Positions 1 through 5,994 of a stretch of DNA of 58,579 nt are shown in pieces (within the stretch, counting starts at the first letter, position 1; each line of letters opens with the position of its first letter). Source of the DNA: Patescibacteria group bacterium (GTDB lineage: Bacteria; Patescibacteriota; Patescibacteriia; 2-12-FULL-57-11); the NCBI GenBank assembly GCA_004299275.1, contig SCSU01000061.1, forward strand, positions 1 through 58,579, given 5' to 3'. The notes beneath the pieces are model-generated. The model searched no databases. It was not told the origin of the DNA and was given only the letters and a program-made list of their open reading frames with translations. The translations under genes were made by a program, and so were the position numbers.

Positions 1-2
1 TA

Positions 3-251
3 AATGCAGGAGATAAAAATTCACTCAAGCGGAAACATCCGGCAACATTCCCTGACAAAATACCAACGGATTTCATCCAGTGTTTCTGCCCGCCAAAAGG
101 AGTGGTTCTGGATCCATTCATCGGCTGTGGATCAACAGCGGTTGCCGCAAAACAATTAGGCCGAAATTATATCGGTATTGATATCTCGAAAGAGTACTGC
201 AAACTAGCAGAGGAAAGAATCAAAACAATTGGAGATCCTCTGTTTGGGTGA
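3..251 (+). CDS. DNA methyltransferase (N4/N6, beta-class), C-terminal fragment; 5' end lies outside the window
   Basis: Frame open from window edge to TGA 249-251. Hand translation: ...KRKHPATFPDKIPTDFIQCFCPPKGVVLDPFIGCGSTAVAAKQLGRNYIGIDISKEYCKLAEERI. HPAxFP plus DPFxGxGST AdoMet motif are typical of the N6_N4 methylase family. Absent from the ORF track because it has no start. Confidence 0.8.
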   Translation, partial: NAGDKNSLKRKHPATFPDKIPTDFIQCFCPPKGVVLDPFIGCGSTAVAAKQLGRNYIGIDISKEYCKLAEERIKTIGDPLFG

Positions 252-259
252 TATTGAAG

Positions 260-1312
260 TTATTCAATCGTATATTCGATCCTGTTGCTCGCTGTCATCG
301 CTAGTGAAAATGGATTTCTATCAAATAATGCCTTGTAGGTTTGATTATTAAGCCGCATTCTTGCGGTTCTTGATTCGCCCGATAGCATACCCTTTTGGAG
401 TATTTTTAGATTAAAATTTTTCCAGTTCCATTGGCCGTCCAAATATTGCCATCCCATCATTCTCGCAAGTTCTCGAATGAATCCCTGTACTCTCTGGGCT
501 TCCGTTGAATGAAGGTCAAAATTGGAACCATTCCGGACTAGGTTGATCTGTGTGTTTTGGCCACTTGTTATTTTAATCTTATGGCCAGTTCTTTTGTTAT
601 TACCACCTTGTACAAAGTTTGTGCCATCAAAATAACCTGATGCGTTAAATCTATCTCGCATTGCAAAAAATCGCTCGAGATATTGCATTATTTGATAGAA
701 ATTTAAATCATTTTTACACAAAAATTTATTGAGAATATGGCCATCTTGATTGATCTTGAGATAATTAATCCAATCAAGGCAATTTTCTGGATATCCAAAA
801 AGGTTGTTGCCTACACCGTCGGCAAAAAGTAGTGGGCTTACTGCTGTATCGGGAAGATCGTTAATTATTCCACTTTCCTGCAAAATACCCAATAGCAGAT
901 GAATGGTTCCGAAAGGATACTTGCGTTGAAAGGCGGTTTTTCCATCAAAACCCCTCAATATATTTGGCTGAATGCACTCATCGAAGTTGCGATTATTAAC
1001 AACGAGATTGCGGTTATACTCAACGAGATGATTGCCCATGCTCCCTATGTCACGCCGGTTAATTTCGATATCTAAAAAAATACAATTTCTAAAATTTACA
1101 CCATCCTTGGAAATTAAAATTTTTCCGTCATAAAAACCAACTACTTCTCCATCAAGAAAGTTTGTAACTAACAATCCGCAGAGGAAACCGTCGCTATCCG
1201 GACTTAAAATATATTGTCGGCCTCGCTCGACAACCCATGGACGCCGTTCGATTAAATTTTCGTAATCAATCGGGCCACCGTTGTGTTGTGTTGTTCGTCG
1301 TTTTGTTGTCAT
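260..1312 (-). CDS. hypothetical protein, 350 aa; candidate restriction endonuclease or effector partner of the convergent methyltransferase
   Basis: Long ORF in the low-GC island. Its stop lies 8 nt from the stop of the convergent methylase. No family recognised by eye. Confidence 0.6.
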   Translation of the reverse strand: MTTKRRTTQHNGGPIDYENLIERRPWVVERGRQYILSPDSDGFLCGLLVTNFLDGEVVGFYDGKILISKDGVNFRNCIFLDIEINRRDIGSMGNHLVEYNRNLVVNNRNFDECIQPNILRGFDGKTAFQRKYPFGTIHLLLGILQESGIINDLPDTAVSPLLFADGVGNNLFGYPENCLDWINYLKINQDGHILNKFLCKNDLNFYQIMQYLERFFAMRDRFNASGYFDGTNFVQGGNNKRTGHKIKITSGQNTQINLVRNGSNFDLHSTEAQRVQGFIRELARMMGWQYLDGQWNWKNFNLKILQKGMLSGESRTARMRLNNQTYKALFDRNPFSLAMTASNRIEYTIE

Positions 1313-1314
1313 AA

Positions 1315-1785
1315 TTATCTATACTTGAACTCAACGTTCTTAATCTCGTGTTCATTTCCAAATTGGTCAAGTATAACCACATCAGCTTTAAAGGACTCGC
1401 CCTCTTTATGAAGCGGAGGTTGAATCCAAAAATCAAGCATTAACTGTGTCGTCTTTCTGGGGAGTATTGGATATCTACCAAAAACATTTGAGTTTGGGTG
1501 CTTTATTAGTGGCATAACTGTTTCGGTTTTTGGTTTTCTAATAAATCCGTTCGTGACGACTACTTGTTCCGTTGTTATGTTTGTTGCATACCATTGACTT
1601 ACCACTTGCATCGCTGGCTTATCTTTACTCAATCCCATATGCCACCAAGCTCCCAGTGACTGTAATACCATCTTTAAAGTTTGATTGGGAATGCTGGAAT
1701 CATTCGTCTTCTTTTCAGGAATCCTATTTAATAGCCATCCGAGAAACTTACTCAATAAATCAAAGATGGGAGTGTAGTCAATCAT
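1315..1785 (-). CDS. hypothetical protein, 156 aa, N-terminal hydrophobic helix
   Basis: ORF ends 2 nt before the start of the 350-aa ORF (operon-like). Same low GC. No recognisable motif. Confidence 0.5.
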   Translation of the reverse strand: MIDYTPIFDLLSKFLGWLLNRIPEKKTNDSSIPNQTLKMVLQSLGAWWHMGLSKDKPAMQVVSQWYATNITTEQVVVTNGFIRKPKTETVMPLIKHPNSNVFGRYPILPRKTTQLMLDFWIQPPLHKEGESFKADVVILDQFGNEHEIKNVEFKYR

Positions 1786-1891
1786 ATCTTAACATCAACC
1801 ACTTTTGAGGTGTCATTACCTTTCAGGGCTTTGATACCTCAGACTCTAATTTGGTGTGTCCGGGAGGATTTCTCACTCAGCCCCCCCTATT

Positions 1892-1963
1892 TGCACCCGC
1901 CAAGAGTCGAACTTGGATCCCAGGCTTCGGAGGCCTGTATTCTATCCATTGAACTACGGGTGC
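1892..1963 (-). tRNA. tRNA-Arg (anticodon CCG)
   Basis: Minus-strand read: GCACCCG-TA-GTTC..GAAT-A-CAGGC-CUCCGAA-GCCUG-..-CCAAG-TTCGACT-CTTGG-CGGGTGC-A. Cloverleaf with 7-bp acceptor stem and TTCGA T-loop. No encoded CCA. Confidence 0.85.
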
Positions 1964-1988
1964 AAGCAGAAGGTCTGAGTATGTTTGG

Positions 1989-2969
1989 CTACGGGCGCGT
2001 GAATTTTTTTGCAAGCGCGTAGATGGTATACCAAAACGGCCGGAGCGGCAATTCCCAGGAGTCGGGCGCGGTGAAGACCTCGCCGCCAAAGCCGCGCTTA
2101 AAGCGGCTGACGCCCGCGAGCGGATGCTCGGCCGAGTCCTCCGGCGCGATGCCCCAAAAGTCGTAGCTCTGACAGCCGCGGCTTTTTGCCCGGCGCATCG
2201 CCTGCCAATGCAGGAGATACGGCGCCATCACGTTTCGTTTTTTGTCGGACGAGCCGCCGTGGAGATAAGTCGCGGTGCCGCCGAAGAGCAGGAGTATCAT
2301 TCCGGCGAGAGCTTCGCCCTCGTGGTCGGCGAGCATAATCCGGCTTTGGCAAGATGAGCGGTCACTCGGCTCACCCACGAGCGTCTGGAGCATCTTTTGA
2401 TAATAATTTTTGGCGTGGAGCCGGAAGCGGTCGCGTTTGGACGCCGCCTCAAGGAGCGGCCAGAGTTCGGGAAAGAGTTCAGTCCCGCCCTCGCGGACAG
2501 TCACGCCTTTTTTTTCCGCCAGCCGGAGGTTGTAGCGGGTTTTCTCGTGCATGGCGGCGAGCAAAATATCTTCGTTTTTAGTCAGATTAAGAAGAAGCGT
2601 TGTTTGCGGCTGGATGGGCGTAGCCGAACGGGCAGCGGCCGGCCGGAATTCCAGTTTTTTATCCGCCGGGTCAACTCTCATAGCCAGACTGCGCTGTTCC
2701 CGCGCCGCCGCGATGACTTTTTTTAAAAATTCAGTTTTTTGCTCGGCCGTGAGCGTCGGTGAAAAAATCGGCCCGCGGGGGAGATAGGCGTTCTGCTGGC
2801 CCAAGGGCAGAGACCGGAGAATGATTTGCGCCAGCGCTCCCTCGGCCTCGACTCGCGTCACTGCCGTTCCGGCGGCTTTTTGGAATTCCCCCCATTCCCA
2901 GGAATGTAAAAACGAACCCGAACGCGGGCCGTTTTGAGTGACGAAAGAATTCCACGCCTCTCGATCCAT
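1989..2969 (-). CDS. FemAB-family peptidoglycan interpeptide-bridge aminoacyltransferase
   Basis: 326 aa. The C-terminal block YLHGGSSDKKRNVMAPYLLHWQAMRRAKSRGCQSYDFWGI is typical of FemA/FemB/FemX proteins. Confidence 0.75.
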   Translation of the reverse strand: MDREAWNSFVTQNGPRSGSFLHSWEWGEFQKAAGTAVTRVEAEGALAQIILRSLPLGQQNAYLPRGPIFSPTLTAEQKTEFLKKVIAAAREQRSLAMRVDPADKKLEFRPAAARSATPIQPQTTLLLNLTKNEDILLAAMHEKTRYNLRLAEKKGVTVREGGTELFPELWPLLEAASKRDRFRLHAKNYYQKMLQTLVGEPSDRSSCQSRIMLADHEGEALAGMILLLFGGTATYLHGGSSDKKRNVMAPYLLHWQAMRRAKSRGCQSYDFWGIAPEDSAEHPLAGVSRFKRGFGGEVFTAPDSWELPLRPFWYTIYALAKKFTRP

Positions 2970-2976
2970 ATTATTG

Positions 2977-3534
2977 TTATTTTTTCCCTCCCAAGAGCCG
3001 GAGCGCGGCGCGCAGGCGCGCTTCGTCGCCTTTGACTTCCGAGGGGAGCGAGGCGACCGCCTGCGCCGCTTCCTCGCGCCGGTAACCGAGGCCGGCGAGC
3101 GCCTCCACTACGTCGCGGTCCTCCGACCTTTCGGCCTCAGCCAGTTTGCCGCGCAGTTCCAAAATAATTTTTTGCGCGGTTTTTGTTCCCACTCCCGGCA
3201 CCGAGGTCAGCCGGCTGATATCCCCGGCGTCAATCGCCAGCCGGACTTCGCTAGTTGCCCCGATGGACATCACTTGGAGCGCCGTGCGCGGTCCGACGCC
3301 GGAGACGGCAATCAATTTGCGGAATAGTGCCCGCGCCGCCTCGTCGGCAAAGCCGAAGAGCTCATGGCTGTCCTCGCGTGTGACTTCCATGGTGCAGAGC
3401 CGCACCCGTTCGCCGACCGCGAGCTTGACGGCGGTGGGCGCCGTGAGCGCGACTTCGTAGCCAATACCCGCCACTTCAACGATGGCGCGGTTTTCTTCTT
3501 TAGCGGTGATTGTTCCTTCGAGAGTGGCGATCAT
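2977..3534 (-). CDS. ruvA: Holliday junction branch migration complex subunit RuvA
   Basis: MIATLEGTI...VGYEV...HhH region SGVGPRTALQV. Start moved to the internal ATG at 3534 because the track ORF start (3639) reads through a REP element. Confidence 0.85.
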   Translation of the reverse strand: MIATLEGTITAKEENRAIVEVAGIGYEVALTAPTAVKLAVGERVRLCTMEVTREDSHELFGFADEAARALFRKLIAVSGVGPRTALQVMSIGATSEVRLAIDAGDISRLTSVPGVGTKTAQKIILELRGKLAEAERSEDRDVVEALAGLGYRREEAAQAVASLPSEVKGDEARLRAALRLLGGKK

Positions 3535-3540
3535 ACTTTC

Positions 3541-3586
3541 CCAAACCCCTCCCCCTGCGGGGACTCCCTTTAGCAAAGGGAGAATC
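3541..3586 (-). repeat. REP-like double hairpin, family A (copy 1 of 4)
   Basis: The reverse complement reads TTCTCCCTTTGCTAAAGGGAGTCCCCGCAGGGGGAGGGGTTTGG, matching the copies at 20679, 37090 and 47135. Confidence 0.85.
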
Positions 3587-3601
3587 AGATTACAGGACTC
3601 A

Positions 3602-5725
3602 CTAATAATTACATACCCCGCCGCGGCAGTCGCCGGCAAATTCCGACTCGGCGGTAACGTGGCGTTCCTGGCCGATGATGTCCAGCGTCCCCAAGGTCAG
3701 CACTTGGTCGGGCTTGGAACCGTAGCGATAAACCGTGATGCCTTTGCACTTGAGCTTCCATGCCAAGAGATAGGCCGCGCGCACGTCGGCAACCGTGGCC
3801 TTGGCCGGCAGATTAATGGTTTTGGAAACCGCGTTGTCCGTATATTTTTGAAAAACCGCTTGCATCCTCAAGTGATTCTCGGGAGAGATCTCGAGCGCAG
3901 TCCGAAAGAGTCGGCGCGCGTCCGCGGGGATGCCCTTGATTCCCGCGAGGTTGCCCTTGGCCGCGATTTCAAACAGCAAGTCCGAGGAATAGAAGCCCCG
4001 TTTTTTAGCGAACTCTTCAAAAAGAGGATTGACCTCGAGGAGCCGCGTGCCCTCCATCACATTGCGGACAAAGGCGACGGCAAAGAGCGGCTCAATCCCC
4101 GAGGAGCAGCCGGCGATAATCGAGATGGTGCCGGTCGGCGCGATGGTGGTTGTCGTCGCGTTCCGAAAAGCGCGGTAGCCGCGATGAGCCCAGAGCGAGC
4201 CCTTAAAGTTGGGGAAGGAACCGCGCGAGCGGCCGAGCTCAGCGCTTGCGCGGGAGCTCACGTCGCGGATGCGCTTTATCAGTTTGGCGCCGAACAGGAG
4301 CGCGCGGCGCGAGTCGTAAGGAATCCCGAGTTTAATTAATGTTTCAGCGAAGCCCATAACACCGAGCCCAATCCGGCGGTTCGCCAGCGTGGCGCGTTCA
4401 ATCTCCGGCAGGGGGTAATTGTTGGCGTCAAGCACGTTGTCCAAAAAGCGCACTGCGGTTTTGACTAAATAGTCGAGTTTGGCCCAGTCAAAACGTCCGT
4501 GGACGTCAAAAATTTTGGAGAGATTGATTGAACCGAGCGTGCAGGACTCCCAAGCGTGTAAAGGTTGCTCGCCGCAGGGATTTGTCGCCTCGATTCGTCC
4601 GAGATGCGCGGTCGGGTTTTTGCGGTCAATTTCGTCGAACCAGACCACGCCCGGGTCGCCGGTGCGCCAGGCCTCGGTTACGATTTGGTCAAAGATGTCG
4701 CGCGCCCCGACCCGCTCGCTGACTTTGCCGGAGCGCGGATTCACCAGCGATATTTTGCCGCGGCGGCTGACCGCCCGCATAAAAGCGTCGCTCGCGCCGA
4801 CCGAGAAGTTAAAATTGGAAAACGCTTTGCCGTCGGCTTTGGCCGTCACAAACTCGCGAATGCTCGGATGGGTGACAGCCAAAATCGCCATGTTGGCGCC
4901 GCGCCGTCGCCCGCCTTGTTTAATCACGTCGGTCGTGGTGTCAAAAAGCCGGATAAAAGAGACCGGCCCCGAGGCAATCCCGCCGGTCGAACGCACGATG
5001 TCGCCGCCCGGCCGGATGGCGGAAAAGGAAAAACCGGTGCCGCCGCCGGACTGGTGGATTTTGGCCGCGGCCTTAAGCCCGTCAAAAATGGAATCCAGCG
5101 AATCCTCAATCGGAATGACAAAACAGGCGGCGAGCTGGCCGGAGGGGAGTCCCGCGTTCATGAGCGTCGGCGAGTTGGGTAGGAACTCGCCGTTGGCCAT
5201 CATCCGGTAGAAAGTTTCCTCGGATTCGTCCACCGTGTCGCGCGCGCCGCCGTAGCGCTGTTCCGACTGGGCCACGGCGCGGGCCACGCGCCGGAAGAGC
5301 TGAGAGGGGGTCTCAATTGTCCGGCCCTCGCCGTCTTTTTTAAGATAGCGTTCGGCGAGGACTTTAATCGCGTTTACGCCGAGCTTGAGGTCGTCGCGGA
5401 CGCCGAAAAATTCCTTGATTCGCCGCGTCTTGGTCCGTTCGGCGCGGTAGAGGATAAAGGCCTTGGCCGCGTCAGCGAGTCCGCGCTCCATCAAGGAGTT
5501 TTCCACCGCGTCAGAGACATCTTCCACCGTCGGAATTTTTCGGCCGTAGGCCTCGGCGACAGTCGTCACCACTTGATTGGCTACGGAGCGCGCGACTTTG
5601 CCGTCTGGCCGGCTGACGGCCAGAATCGCTTTTTCCACGGCGCGGGCGATTTTTTCCTCGGAGAATGGCTCCAGCCGTCCGTCGCGTTTGCGGACGAATT
5701 TGGGGATCGCGTTTATCTTGGGCAT
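3602..5725 (-). CDS. nrdJ: adenosylcobalamin-dependent (class II) ribonucleotide reductase with N-terminal ATP-cone
   Basis: 707 aa. ATP-cone VRKRDGRLEPFSEEKIARAVEKA, active-site TNPCGEQPL, and a C-terminal Cys pair CRGGVCNY. Confidence 0.9.
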   Translation of the reverse strand: MPKINAIPKFVRKRDGRLEPFSEEKIARAVEKAILAVSRPDGKVARSVANQVVTTVAEAYGRKIPTVEDVSDAVENSLMERGLADAAKAFILYRAERTKTRRIKEFFGVRDDLKLGVNAIKVLAERYLKKDGEGRTIETPSQLFRRVARAVAQSEQRYGGARDTVDESEETFYRMMANGEFLPNSPTLMNAGLPSGQLAACFVIPIEDSLDSIFDGLKAAAKIHQSGGGTGFSFSAIRPGGDIVRSTGGIASGPVSFIRLFDTTTDVIKQGGRRRGANMAILAVTHPSIREFVTAKADGKAFSNFNFSVGASDAFMRAVSRRGKISLVNPRSGKVSERVGARDIFDQIVTEAWRTGDPGVVWFDEIDRKNPTAHLGRIEATNPCGEQPLHAWESCTLGSINLSKIFDVHGRFDWAKLDYLVKTAVRFLDNVLDANNYPLPEIERATLANRRIGLGVMGFAETLIKLGIPYDSRRALLFGAKLIKRIRDVSSRASAELGRSRGSFPNFKGSLWAHRGYRAFRNATTTTIAPTGTISIIAGCSSGIEPLFAVAFVRNVMEGTRLLEVNPLFEEFAKKRGFYSSDLLFEIAAKGNLAGIKGIPADARRLFRTALEISPENHLRMQAVFQKYTDNAVSKTINLPAKATVADVRAAYLLAWKLKCKGITVYRYGSKPDQVLTLGTLDIIGQERHVTAESEFAGDCRGGVCNY

Positions 5726-5877
5726 ACCCGGTGGTAGAACGCCGACTCGAACCCCGCTTAAGCGGGGTTCGACGAGCGAACACTTTTTACGACTATTAGC
5801 TTTTGTTCTGGGCTCTGCTTCATTGCCTTGAAGAAACTTTGCTCTAGGAACGCTGTCGGCGTTTCACCACCGGGCAT
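5726..5877 (-). promoter_or_regulatory. nrdJ leader cassette: 20-bp stem joining the uORF start to the nrdJ start, plus an internal 26-nt palindrome
   Basis: Minus-sense CCCGGTGGTGAAACGCCGAC (5874-5855) pairs with GTCGGCGTTCTACCACCGGG (5746-5727). Perfect palindrome TCGAACCCCGCTTAAGCGGGGTTCGA lies at 5747-5772. Confidence 0.6.
5758..5877 (-). CDS. conserved small upstream ORF, 39 aa (MPGGETPTAFLEQSFFKAMKQSPEQKLIVVKSVRSSNPA)
   Basis: Hand translation. Paralogue of the 45-aa uORF at 23793-23930: 22/39 identical residues, 12 of them through synonymous codon differences. Confidence 0.55.
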   Translation of the reverse strand: MPGGETPTAFLEQSFFKAMKQSPEQKLIVVKSVRSSNPA

Positions 5878-5885
5878 ACGGGAGT

Positions 5886-5894
5886 ATTGTAACA
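5886..5894 (-). promoter_or_regulatory. extended -10 promoter-like element TGTTACAAT, 8 nt upstream of the uORF ATG
   Basis: Sequence match only. Its counterpart TGTTATAGT sits in the equivalent position upstream of the valS uORF. Confidence 0.35.
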
Positions 5895-5950
5895 GATTCG
5901 CCGAAGACTGGTTGGGTTTAAGACGTCAGAGGCAGGGCAAATGCGAACAC

Positions 5951-5981
5951 GAGGTTCGACCTCCTCGGGAGGTCGAACCTC
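5951..5981 (-). terminator. 31-nt palindrome 14 nt downstream of the ileS stop (family B, copy 1 of 2)
   Basis: GAGGTTCGACCTCC-TCG-GGAGGTCGAACCTC, a 14-bp stem. The same element lies 3' of rsmA at 50003-50033. Confidence 0.6.
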
Positions 5982-5994
5982 TGGTGAGCACAGA

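Noticed and set aside
3482-4339. 285-aa plus-strand ORF (also 4479-5210 and 4565-5182)
   Set aside because: These are antisense to nrdJ.
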